Part shown: in pieces, positions 12,201 through 22,463 of the stretch
How the letters are laid out: every line of letters starts with the position of its first letter
Position numbering within the stretch: the stretch's first letter is position 1
Assembly (NCBI GenBank): GCA_038087875.1
Contig: CM075993.1
Location: 6,636,001 to 6,700,000, forward strand
DNA: 64,000 bases
Source of the DNA: Malacoraja senta
Taxonomy: Eukaryota
Direction of reading: 5' to 3'
Translations under genes and position numbers: made by a program
The notes under the pieces: generated by a model
Database searches by the model: none
Told to the model about the DNA's origin: nothing
The model's input: only the letters and a program-made list of their open reading frames with translations

Positions 12201-15200
12201 GCCAGCACATCCTTCCTCAGATATGGAACCCAAATTAGCACACAGTACTCCAAATGTGGCCTGACCAGCACCTTATAGAGCTTTAAAGGCCCAAAAGAAC
12301 TTTAAAGGCTTCCCTCTTGTCATAGTTCTGTAGGGAAACACCGTTCAATTCTCCCTGGCTGCTTTGAGCTTGGAAGCCGTAGAATACGCCTGCTCTACAC
12401 ATCTATAACGACATCTGAACTCAATAACAACATGTAAAAGACACGTGGATAGTACATGGATAGGAAAGGTTTGGGGGATATGGGCCAAATGCCACATGCA
12501 TTTGGGTGGCACGGTGGCACAGCGGTAGAGCTGCCAACCTCACAGCGTCAGGAACCCGGGATAAATCCTGATCTCGGGTACTATCCATGCGGAGTTTGTA
12601 CATTCTCCCAGTGGATTTTCTCCGGGTGCTCTGGTTTCCTCCCACATCTTAGAGACGTGCAGGCTTCTGTAAATTGCCCCTAGTGTTAGGATGCAAACAT
12701 GGGATGACATAGAACTAGTGTATGGGTGATCAATGGTTGGCATCAGTGGGCCAAAGGGCCAGTTTCCACGCCTATATTCCACGCTTTTAGACTTTAGAGA
12801 TACAGCGCGGAAACCAGCCTTAGTCCCTCGTTGTCCACACTGACCAGCGATCGCCCTGTAGACTAGCACTATCCTACATACTAGGGACAATCCACAATTT
12901 TACCAAAGCCAAGTTATCTACAAACCTGTCTGGGAGGAAACCAGAGCACCTGGAGAAAACCCCCGTGGTCACAGGGAGAATTTACAATCTCTGTACAGAC
13001 AGCACCCGTAGTCAGGATCGAACCCAGGTTTCTGGCGCTGTAAGGCAACAACTCTACCGCTGTACCACCGTGCCGCTCTCTAGACCCTAGACATCAATGA
13101 GACTAGCTTAGAAGGGGCATCTTGGACAGCATAACAAATCTCACTGTACCTTAATTGGTACATGTGACAATAAACTGACCTTGAAACCTTGAGTTGGGCC
13201 GAAGGGCCAGTTTCTGTGCTCGTGACTCGGTGTCTCTACTTCTCCGAGTTAATACTGTATACACACAAAATGCTGGAGTAACTCAGTGGGACAGGCAGCA
13301 TCTCTGGAGAGGAGGAATGGGTGACGTTTCGGGTCGAGATCCTTCTTCAAACTTCGCATCTCGACCCGAAACGTCACCCATTCCCACTCCCCAGAGATGC
13401 TGCCTGCCCCGCTGAGTTACTCCAGCTTTTTGTGTCTATCTTCGGTATAGACCAGCACCTGCAGTTCCTTCCTAAACATGTTCCCACCGGAAATGTTTTA
13501 CTGTGGAAACAGGGACCTGCCGATGCTGGCTAACAAAACAAGGACAAAAGGTGCTGGAGTGTCTCAGCGGGTCAGGCAGCATCTCTGGAGAACATGGACA
13601 GATGAAGCATCTGCAGTTCCTTCCTACACTATACTGTGTACGCCACTCTGGTTGGGGATGTGCATTGTGGATATTGAGCACTGTTTTGTACCGTTTATGC
13701 AGAACATTTGCTCTTACGTCTTCATGCCTCTGGCCTTCATTATGGGAGCTGACTGGGAAGACTCGTTCCTTGTTGCCGAGCTGATTGGAGTCAAACTCTT
13801 CCTCAACGAGTTTGTGGCGTACCAGAACCTTTCCCAGTACAGGAACAAACGTTTAGCAGGAATATCTGAATTTATCAACGGCAAGAAGCAATGGATCTCA
13901 GTGAGTATTGCGTTTTAGAAATAAAAACATAGACAATAGGTGCAGGAGTAGGCCATTCGGCCCTTCGAGCCTGCACCGCCATTCAATGTGATCATGGCCG
14001 ATCAATCAACAGTATCCCGTGCCTGCCTTCTCTCCATACCCCCTGATCCCTTTAGCCACAAGGGCCACATCTTAAATATAGCCAATGAACTGGCCTCAAC
14101 TACCTTCTGTGGCAGAGAATTCCAGAGATTCACCACTCTCTGTGTGAAAAATGTTTTCCTCATCTCGGTCCTAAAAGACTTCCCCCTTATCCTTAAACTG
14201 TGACCCCTTGTTCTGGACTTCTCCAACATCGGGAACAATCTTCCTGCATCTAGCCTGTCCAACCCCCTTAAGAATTTTGTACGTTTCTATAAGATCCCCC
14301 CACAATCTTCCAAATTCTAGTGAGTACAAGCCGAGTCTATCCAGTCTTTCTTCATATGAAAGTCCTGCCATCCCAGGAATCAGTCTGGTGAACCTTCTCT
14401 GTACTCCCTCTATGGCAAGAATGTATTGCGGCAGATTTCTTTTAGTGTAGCTTAGAGATACAGCACAAAAACAGGCCCTTCGGCCCACCGAGTCCGTGCT
14501 GACCAGCAAACCACTGCACACACTAGGGACAATTTTAACTCAATCTAACACACACTGGGGACAATGTTACATTTATAACCAATGCAATTAACCTACAAAC
14601 CCTGTACATCTTTGGAGTGTGGGAGGAAACCAAAGATCTTGGAGAAAACCGGGTAGAACGTGCAAACTCCTTGCAGACAGCACCCGTAGTCAGGATTGAA
14701 CCCGGGTCTCTGGCGCTGTGAGGCAGCAACTCTACCGCTGCGCCACCGTGCTGCCTAATGTGAAAGTCAAAAGTGAAACTTCAGCCAACAAGTAGCCAAG
14801 GAACTGCAGATGCTGGGTCACAAAAAAAAGGCACAAATTGCTGGAGTAACTCAGCCTCTCTGGAGAACATGGATGCCGGTGATGTTTCGGATTTGGGACC
14901 TTTCTTCAGACTGATGGTGGAGGAGAAGAAGCAAGCTGGGAGAAAGGTGAGGCAGGACAAAGCCTGGTGAGTGAGACGTGTGGGTTTGTGGGTTAATTAG
15001 CCTCTGTAAAATGCCCCGAATGTGCAGGGCATTGATGTGAAATTGGGACAACAAAGAACTAGTGTGAACGGGCAAGCAACGGTGGGCGTGGACTCGATGG
15101 GCCGAAGGGCCTGTTTCCATGCTATATCTCTGACCTAAACTAGAGGCTACAGAGGCTTCTACAAAGGCTAGTTTGGTCAATGGGATTAGCACAGATGAAT

Positions 15201-17693
15201 ACTTGACGGTCAGTACAGACATAGTGGGCCGAAGGGCCTGTTCCTGTGCTGTAAGACTTTTAAACAAACTGAGAACTTTAATCGCAACATCTGAGAGGTC
15301 GGTCGGTGAGATGGATGGGAAAGGTTTGATTTCTGTTTTTATTTGCAGCCTAGAGCCGAAACGATATCTACGTACGCTCTCTGTGGCTTTGCGAACTTCT
15401 CCTCGATCGGTATCATGCTTGGGGGACTCTGTAAGTAGCTGTCCCTGTGATAAAAGCCCTTCAATGTGACAAGGTAGCTTTAGAGACATAGTGGTACAGT
15501 GTAGAAACAGGCCCTTCGGCCCACCGAGTCTGCGCTAACCAGCGATCCCCGCACACTAACACTATCCTACACACACTAGGGACAATTTACATTTATACCC
15601 AGCCAATTAACCTACAAACCTGTACGTCTTTGGAGTGTGGGAGGAAGCCGGAGCACCCGGAGAAAACCCACGCAGGTTACAAGGGGATCATACAAGCTCT
15701 GTACAGACAGCACCCGTAGTCCGGATCGAACCCGGGTCTCTGGCGCTGTAAACTCTACCGCTGCGCCACCGTGCCACGCTAATCAAAAGTTTGACAACAG
15801 GGTATTAGCAATCAGACAATTAGAAATGACCTTCTTGCAAAAAACATTGAAAGCTCTGTGATGTCCTGAAATTTGGCAAAGATCCATGGTGTTGAATCAT
15901 GCCGTCTCGACGATAACGACTTCTCTCTCACACTCTCTCTCTCTCCCTTTCCCCAACACCGCCCTTTACAGCTGCCATGGCTCCAGACCGTAAGAGCGAC
16001 TTTGCAGAGATAGTCATCCGAGCCCTCATCACTGGATTCACCACTTCGCTGGTGAACGCATGTGTTGCAGGTAAACAAAGTGCTTTCAGTATTTCACTCC
16101 CGATCACACCATGCCTGCTCCACGAAACAAAAATACCTCAATTAGGTTCAATGGTGCTTAATTATCACCTGTGTGAAGTGAAAATGCACAATTAAATCAT
16201 TTTCTTGTCTACCGAGCCTGCATGCAAGAGGCGCCATGTTTCAGCCCCATTTTCCAAGTGCACTCCGAGCTCCAGTTGTTATGAGCGGTGCCCAAATCAG
16301 GCAAGCCCCAGGCTGTCACAGGCCTCCAGCCATCTCCTTCACACTATTTCTATACACTTTGTACAAGTCATAGAGTGATACAGCGTGGAAACAGGCCCTT
16401 CGGCCCAACTTGCCCACACCGGCCAACATGTCCCAGCTACACTAGTCCCACCTACCTGTGTGTGGTCCATATCCTTCCACACCTGTCCTATCCATGTAGT
16501 GTCCATCCACTAAGCGGGGATTGTGATTAGGTATGGGAATACTTTACTGAACTTTGAAGAAGGGTCTCGACCCGAAACGTCACCCATTCCTTCTCTCCAG
16601 AGATGCTGCCTGTCCCGCTGAGTTACTCCAGCATTCTGTGTCTATCATTAGTTTAATTATAGATCACCATAAGACCAGTCAATACTCCTTCCAACCCCAC
16701 ACAGTGTTACCTCATTGTTTAGTTTAGTTTTGTTTAGTTTCGAGATACAGCAGGGAAACAGGCCATTCAGCCCACCGAGTCCGCACCGACCAGCAATCCC
16801 CACACATTGTCCAACACACACTAGGGACAATTTTTACATTATACCAAGCCAATCAACCTACAAACCTGTACGTCTATGGAGTGTAGGAGTAAACCAAAGA
16901 TCTCGGGGAAAACCCACACAGGTCACGGGGAGAACGTACAAACTCCGTACAGACAGCACCTGTAGTCGGGATTGAACCCGGGTCTCTGGTGCTACAAGGC
17001 AATAGTCTGTACGCGCGATAATAAAGAACTATCAATCCATTGGACCGTTGAAATAATGTGAGTTAATAACGGATTATCTATTTGGGGCTTGTTTATCTTT
17101 GCCTTCTGTGCTTTAGGGATCCTGTACGTGCCAAGGGAGTTTTTAGACTGCATCAGTTACCTCAATAGCAGTGACTTCAGTGGGACCAGCACTGACTTGC
17201 AAAGCTGCTGTACCAGTCTCTACGGGAGGTGAGTTCCACTGCTTAGTTCAGTTTGGTTCTAGTTTAGTTTAATTTTGATTAGTTTAGTTTTGTTCCGAGA
17301 TTCAGGGCTGAAACAGGCCCTTCAGCCCACCGAGTCCGTGCCGACCAGCACTATCCTACACATACGAGGGACAATTTACTTTTTTCTACCAAAGCCAAAT
17401 TAACCTACAAACCTGTACGTCTTCGGAGTGTGGGAGGAAACGGAGAATCTGGAGAAAACCCACGCAGGGCATGGGGAGAGCGTGCGAACGTGTTATGATT
17501 CATCATTCTCTATTGGAATTAATATCTCACGCACCCCCCCCCCCCCCATCCTTCTCTCCTCAGCACCAATGTGACTGGAAATGGAATCTTTACCTTCGAA
17601 GGACAATGGACAAACATCAGTCAGAGTTTGACCTTCTTGCAAAGCTGCTGCAGCGTCTACAACACCAGTGCACACTGCGAGCGATTCTTCTAG
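93..17693 (+). CDS. slc28a1: Concentrative Na+/nucleoside cotransporter (SLC28A1/A2-like), 3' part of gene, 12 coding exons, 5' exons outside window
   Basis: Spliced exons total 1401 nt (466 aa + TAG) in consistent phase with AG/GT boundaries. Motifs [37 protein letters not shown] and [11 protein letters not shown] are CNT hallmarks. The symbol rests on adjacency to ALPK3 and CNT1/2-type motifs (TEAPL, SLVNAC); paralog assignment is less certain than family. Confidence 0.93.
1898..1975 (+). CDS. slc28a1: SLC28 exon: [26 protein letters not shown]
   Basis: ttgcag|ACT...CAG|gtcatt, 78 nt; not in ORF track. Confidence 0.93.
2240..2547 (+). mobile_element. V-SINE copy
   Basis: Same head, V-domain and tail as 7116-7441. 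Confidence 0.85.
3476..3556 (+). CDS. slc28a1: SLC28 exon: [27 protein letters not shown]
   Basis: cacag|GCA...AAG|gtagta, 81 nt. Confidence 0.93.
4608..4688 (+). CDS. slc28a1: SLC28 exon: [27 protein letters not shown]
   Basis: ctccag|ATT...CAG|gtaggt, 81 nt. Confidence 0.95.
6623..6880. repeat. Fold-back palindrome made of two inverted Penelope terminal modules (representative copy)
   Basis: ~128-bp arms around a 1-nt centre at 6751 (ttcag-a-ctgaa). Similar complete or partial palindromes at about 3816-4025, 13262-13455, 28443-28767, 35431-35870, 40750-40933, 48890-49099, 54664-54846, 58264-58528 and 62069-62314. Confidence 0.9.
6907..7032 (+). CDS. slc28a1: SLC28 exon: [42 protein letters not shown]
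   Basis: tttcag|ACG...GGG|gtaagg, 126 nt. Confidence 0.96.
7116..7441 (+). mobile_element. tRNA-derived V-SINE (HE1-like), representative of dozens of copies
   Basis: Pol III A box TGGCGCAGCGG, B box GGTTCGATCCC, central V-domain (GAGTTTGTACGTTCTCCCCGTG...GTTTCCTCCCACACTCCAAAGAC), CR1-like tail and (ACTAA)n end. Confidence 0.88.
8831..8961 (+). CDS. slc28a1: SLC28 exon: [43 protein letters not shown]
   Basis: ttccag|ATT...AG|gtgtgt, 131 nt, phase 0-2. Confidence 0.95.
9825..9993 (+). CDS. slc28a1: SLC28 exon: [56 protein letters not shown]
   Basis: cttcag|C...GAG|gtatga, 169 nt, phase 2-0. Confidence 0.95.
10464..10783. mobile_element. PIF/Harbinger-type MITE
   Basis: ~48-bp imperfect terminal inverted repeats (TIRs) AAGCCCTGTCCCACGGTACAAGTTCATTCCAAGAG, flanked by tta/taa, nested in a Rex1-like LINE tail. 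Confidence 0.75.
11712..12282 (-). mobile_element. CR1-type LINE 3' fragment
   Basis: ORF 11796..12233 ([19 protein letters not shown]...TGGHSLRI...[13 protein letters not shown]) is the CR1 ORF2 C-terminus. Confidence 0.9.
13703..13900 (+). CDS. slc28a1: SLC28 exon: [41 protein letters not shown]...KKQWIS
   Basis: atgcag|AAC...TCA|gtgagt, 198 nt; inside ORF 13478..13918. Confidence 0.96.
13925..14421 (-). mobile_element. CR1-type LINE 3' fragment
   Basis: [34 protein letters not shown]...[14 protein letters not shown] with frameshift. Confidence 0.9.
15349..15430 (+). CDS. slc28a1: SLC28 exon: [27 protein letters not shown]
   Basis: ttgcag|CCT...T|gtaagt, 82 nt, phase 0-1. Confidence 0.95.
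15972..16070 (+). CDS. slc28a1: SLC28 exon: [32 protein letters not shown]
   Basis: ttacag|CT...G|gtaaac, 99 nt, phase 1-1. Confidence 0.95.
17117..17228 (+). CDS. slc28a1: SLC28 exon: [36 protein letters not shown]
   Basis: ctttag|GG...AG|gtgagt, 112 nt, phase 1-2. Confidence 0.92.
17564..17693 (+). CDS. slc28a1: SLC28 terminal coding exon: [42 protein letters not shown]
   Basis: cctcag|C, phase matches the previous exon, TAG at 17691-17693; CC-x2-YN...C pattern like the CNT1 C-terminal tail. Confidence 0.88.
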
Positions 17694-17935
17694 TATTCCT
17701 CCCGATATTTGTATATATTTTTAAATTCACTGTGTCCTGTCATCGTGTTAGCCTTGGATGCAGAGATGGTCCACAATCCATTCTCTGCAGAACAAAGATT
17801 TTGATGCTTATACATGCGATTGTAAGAATTGGCGTCACAGGTCTGCTCTTCGTAAAACAATCCTCCTTAACAATCCCACTTTAACAAACTTGACTGTACT
17901 GTATATGACAACATTATTGCAAAGTGACCATGAGG

Positions 17936-18445
17936 TAGGGTTGCCAACTGTCCCGTATTAGCCGGGACATCCCGTATATTGGGCTAAATTGGTTTGTCCC
18001 GTACGGGATCGCCCTTGTCCCGTATTTGACCGCTGCTACTCGGGTCGAGGGGGACTGTCGGGTCGGAGCGCCGCGTCCGGCCCCCGCCTCACCCGTCCCG
18101 ACGTAGTGCAGCCCATGGAGTGCAGCAGCAGCAGCGCCTCGCCCGTGGCCCCGTCGGTCGGTCGTCAGCCCGGCCAGCTGTCCGACCTTCGGACCTTCGC
18201 TTACCGCCGACACCACCACCACCCTCCTTCTCATGACCGATCATCGGTTCATGAGTTGGATGGGGTGCGGCCCGGGCCAAAACTCCTCAGCTGGCCCGCC
18301 GGCTGGGTTTTGTGTGCAGTCCAGCACCCGGGCCAACTCATCGTTCACCCAGCCACGGCCGAGTCGGTCAACGAATTGCCGTCGGGAATTTGTTCCTTAT
18401 TTTGACCTTTTGTCCCTTATTTGGGAGTGAAAGTTGGTGACCCTA
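17936..18445. mobile_element. hAT-superfamily non-autonomous transposon (Blackjack-like termini)
   Basis: TIR TAGGGTTGCCAAC / GTTGGTGACCCTA; perfect 8-bp TSD CCATGAGG at 17928-17935 and 18446-18453; repeated TGTCCC subterminal motifs. Confidence 0.88.
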
Positions 18446-18457
18446 CCATGAGGACTA

Positions 18458-18869
18458 CAGGTTCACCACCAACGTTCCGGCACCTTTGGTTCCAGGGCCT
18501 TGCTGGATTATCCGTTTTGCCAGACCAACAGAGGTCAGGGACTCCGAGAGGGGTCTAACGGTACTGGAACGGTCCACCCAGGCCACAGGGGGTCCGAGAT
18601 ACCGGCCCGCAAAGTCGGCCTCGGAAGTCGGCTATGGGAACGGATCTGCCGTCTCCGGCCGGGCCGGAGTTCCAGAGCCCCGGATGCAGGGAGCAGATAC
18701 AACCCGCCGATCGGCCGCGGAAGTCCCGATGAGGTCGGGATCGGCCGCCTCTCCCGGCATAGGTGCCACATTTACGGGGGGACTTCCGGGGGGGGGGGGG
18801 GGGGTCCAAGTGCGCTCTCGTACTTTTGCCCGGATTAAAGGAGGTGCCGAAAAATCAGTGGTGGACCTT
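18458..18869. mobile_element. Tc1/mariner-pogo (Tigger-like) MITE
   Basis: Flanked by TA; imperfect ~28-bp TIR CAGGTTCACCAC...CGGCACCT versus AGGTGCCG...GTGGTGGACCTT. Confidence 0.7.
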
Positions 18870-20193
18870 TATACACTCGTGGAAAGAAGGAACTGGTGGA
18901 TTACGAAAGAAGACACACAAGTGCTGGAGTAGCTGAACGGGTCAGGCAGCATCTTAGGAGAACATGTATAGGTGATGTTTCAGGTTGGGACCCTTCATCA
19001 GTCTAAGAAAGGGTCCCGACATGAAACGTCACCTATCTATGTTCTCCAAATATTCTTGAGTATTTACTTATCTGGCTGGAGGGAAGGAGAGAGAAACTTT
19101 CAATGAAATGGCCGCGGTTTGGCACTGCAACCCCAACTACAAACTACCAACAGGCACCCCTTTGTACACTTGCCCCTCTGACAGTGAAGACCTGTAGGTT
19201 CATGAGATCCACATAATCATCCCTCCTGAAGAGGAAGCAGATGACTTGGACATGATGTTTTGATGGAGTCAAAGTCATACAGCGTGGAAACAGGCCCTTC
19301 AGCCCAATTTGTCCATGCCGACCGAAACTCCCCATCTACACCATAGAAACATAGAAAATAGGTGCAGGAGTAGGCCATTTGGCCCTTTGAGCCAGCCAAT
19401 AATGATCATGGCTGATCATCCAAAATCACTACACCGTTCATGCTTTCTCCCCATATCCCGTGATTCCGTTAGCCCAAAGAGCTAAGTCTAACTCTCTCTT
19501 GAAAACATCTAGTGAATTGGCCTCCACTGCCTTCCGTGGCAGAGAATTCCACAGATTCACAACTCCCTGGTTGAAAACGTTTTTCCTCATCTCACTCATA
19601 AATGGCTTACACCCTTATTCTTAATCTGTGACCCCTGGTTCTGGACTCCCCCAACATGGGGAACATTTCAGCTGCATCGAGCCTGTCCAATCCCATAAGA
19701 ATTCCAGGTGCACATGCTTGCATTTGGCACATATAATAAACCTTTCCTATCCATGTACCTGTCCAAGTGTCTTTTAAATGCTGTTATAGTATCTGCCTCA
19801 ACTACATCCTCTGGCAGCTCCTTCCATACATTGTGTAAAGAAGTTGTCCCACAAGGTTCCTATTAAATCATTCCCCCCTCACCTTCATCCTCTCTCCTCT
19901 GCTTCTTGATTCCCTTACTGGATAAAAGACTATGCATTTATTTCTTTAGCCATTTCTGTTGATCGCTTCGGAATATTAAATATGATCTCCCGAACTCTTT
20001 CAGTCTGTGAATTTTCCCTCAAACATTCAGAGAAAAAATGACCAAATTCTAAAACATTGAATGGGAACCGCCTACTTAAGTCTTTTCTCCCAAGTATAAA
20101 TAACATATCCAGCTGCTAAAATGTGCCCTTACTATTTTAAGTCTGCTGAAAATTGTTTACATTATCTGTTCTTTGTGAACAACAATCACTGCA

Positions 20194-20199
20194 AATAAA
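20194..20199 (+). terminator. Candidate polyadenylation signal of the SLC28 gene
   Basis: AATAAA overlapping ATTAAA at the end of a unique AT-rich stretch, followed ~20 nt later by GT-rich gtgttgtggtg; no transcript evidence. Confidence 0.4.
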
Positions 20200-20264
20200 T
20201 TAAAGCTTATTTTGAAGTGTTGTGGTGAATTTTCACAAAAGTCTGTTGGGTATCAGTGGCTCAA

Positions 20265-20780
20265 TGTGCAGGAAGGAACTGCAGATGCTGGTTTAAACCG
20301 AAGACAGGCACAAAAATGCTGGAGTAACTCAGCGGGACAGGAGAAAAGGAATGGATGACGCTTCGGGTCGAGACCCTTCTTCAGACTGAGAGTTGGGGAA
20401 AGGGAGACAAGAGATATAGACAGTGATGTAGAGAGAGGTAGAACAAATGAATGAAAGATATGCAAAAAAGTAACAGATAAAGGAAACAGGCCATTGTTAG
20501 CTGTGGGCCAGGTGAAAATGAGTTACAGACAATGAGACTCAACAAGCCAACTTTGAAGCTGGTACGACTTGGGTGGGGACGGATGGAGAGGGAGGGGATG
20601 TAATGGTTACTTGAAATGAGAGAAATCAATATTAATACTACTGGGCTGTAAGCTGCCCAAACAAAATATGAGATGCTGTTCCTCCAATTTGCGTCGGGCC
20701 TCACTCTGACAATGGAGGAGGACCAGGACTGAAAGGTCAGTGTGGGAATGGGAAGGGGAATTAAAGTGTTTGGCAACCGG
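20265..20780 (-). mobile_element. Penelope-like 3' end: ORF C-terminus, UTR and terminal module
   Basis: [38 protein letters not shown] matches the ORF at 32449..32769 and 49547..49753; collinear with the ~125-nt terminal repeat. Confidence 0.82.
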
Positions 20781-20896
20781 GAGAACCAGTGTATGGGGTG
20801 ATTGCTGGTCAGCGCAGACCCATTGGGCCAAAGGGCCTGTTTCCACGCTGTTTAAACTAGATTGGATAGCACGCAACAAAAAGCTTTTCACTGTAA

Positions 20897-21479
20897 AGGC
20901 TCTGTCTTACGGTGTTGCGGTCATCGGCGGTGAAGCGTGGCTTCGCCTGTAGAGTGGACCGCACGGCAACGGCGAGAGCGCCGAGCCTATGCAACGGGAG
21001 CGCCGCACGGATGCTGCGCGGGGGCCGAGTGATTCAAATACGGCTGGTCCCAAGTGCTTGCGGTAAGTTAAAAAAAGGGCGGGCTGACTGCGATGACGTC
21101 GGCCCGCCGCACGTGACTCACTAGCGGCGGCTGTGGCGGCGGCCGTCCTGATCGCGGCGCTGTAGCGGTGGCTGTGCCGGCGGCCGTGCCGCACACGTGA
21201 CTCACTAGCGGAGGCTGTGGCGGTGCAGGTTTGACGCACGGCGCTCGAGCCACATTGGCGGCGGCCGTGCGGGCGGCCGTGCCGCACTCGTGCATCACTG
21301 GTGGAGGCTGTGCGGTAGGAAAATATTTTTGAACAGTGTAGGTTTTATTTTAGCACCGTGCGGTGTTGGGAACACCGCCGCACGGCCCCGGAATTGTGCG
21401 TTCTCACGAGTGCGCGGTCTATGGCGGCAGATTCTTCCCGTTTCGCCGCCAATGACCGCAGACTCGTGAGACAGGCCTT
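20897..21479. mobile_element. GC-rich PIF/Harbinger-type MITE
   Basis: ~40-bp imperfect TIRs with TAA duplication; it splits the repeat consensus cactgtacctcggtac that is seen intact elsewhere in the window. Confidence 0.8.
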
Positions 21480-21532
21480 TAACTCGGTACATGTGACAAT
21501 AAACATAAAATGCTAATCTAAACTAAAACTTA

Positions 21533-22293
21533 TGGGCGACTGCAGGAGACTATGCAGTCGCCACATGGTCGCCACATGTTCGCGGGTGGTTGCCGGGGAG
21601 TCGCCTTCATGGTTGTGAGGAGTTCCCGCATTCTGGGAACTAGTCGCGGCCTCATTATGGTCCCCGTGAATTTTTCAACATGTTGAAAAATTAGCGGCGA
21701 CTAGAATGAAGCCGCCATGGAGAGTAGCGAGATTTCTCGAGCCGTAGGTGGGTCGCCAGGAGGTCCTAGTGGGTTGCCAGGAGGTCAAAGGTTCGCGTAG
21801 GTTCTTGTAGGTTGTAGCCGGTGCTGACCGGTGAATTTCATTGGCTCATTGGGAAAAAAAATGTAAGCAGTAGTTTTCAGAACTAAGGATAACCGACCGG
21901 TAATGTTAAATGTCCGCCGAGCTTCACAGCCGTGTATCTCTGGCTTCTTAAAAGTTGGCTCCACTCCTTCTCCACCCCCTCTCCCCCGCCTCTCTTAAAG
22001 GACTTACCGTACACTGTGCTTTGGCCGTCTTAATTACAGCTCCAACCTTCCTGTTTATCACGGTGTGTGTCTGTATCACCTTGGCTTTGCACCGTGTGAA
22101 TTTCACTCGGACAGCCCTCCCCCCGCTTGCCCTGTCCCCCGCCTGCATAACGGGCTGGTGAAGGAAGCGATGTGTGTTTGTGTGTGTTCCACTCTGACAG
22201 TCGCCGTTCCAGTTGCCGGTTTTTCAGGCGACTGCTGGCAACTTGACCTTTGCCGGCAGTCGCCTGAAAAATAGTCAAAGTGGGACAGGCCCC
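21533..22293. mobile_element. Harbinger-type MITE with damaged left end
   Basis: Right end AAGTGGGACAGGCCCA shared with the group; internal GTCGCC repeats; left TIR not intact. Confidence 0.55.
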
Positions 22294-22390
22294 ATAGATT
22301 CCCAATGACATATGATGCAGTGACCGTGTAGACAGCTCAATACCTCCACCTACTGATGGAAGGGGTTCATAGCACCTAACCAGGGTTTGT

Positions 22391-22463
22391 TTCATGAATG
22401 AGTGCGTCTTCCTTGCACAGGTAACATGCTCATTTTCCCTGTATTGTTCCAATTTTAGAATAT
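22391..22463 (-). pseudogene. U6 snRNA-derived pseudogene fragment
   Basis: Reverse complement ATATTCTAAAATTGGAACAATACAGGGAAAATGAGCATGTTACCTGTGCAAGGAAGACGCACTCATTCATGAA aligns ungapped to the vertebrate U6 core as recalled (58/73 by manual count). ACAGAGA box is mutated; no 5' stem-loop or oligo-U end. Confidence 0.88.

Noticed and set aside
17914..18932. GC-rich ORFs downstream of SLC28
   Set aside because: They lie within non-autonomous transposons, show no transposase motifs, and stop-poor frames are expected at this GC content.
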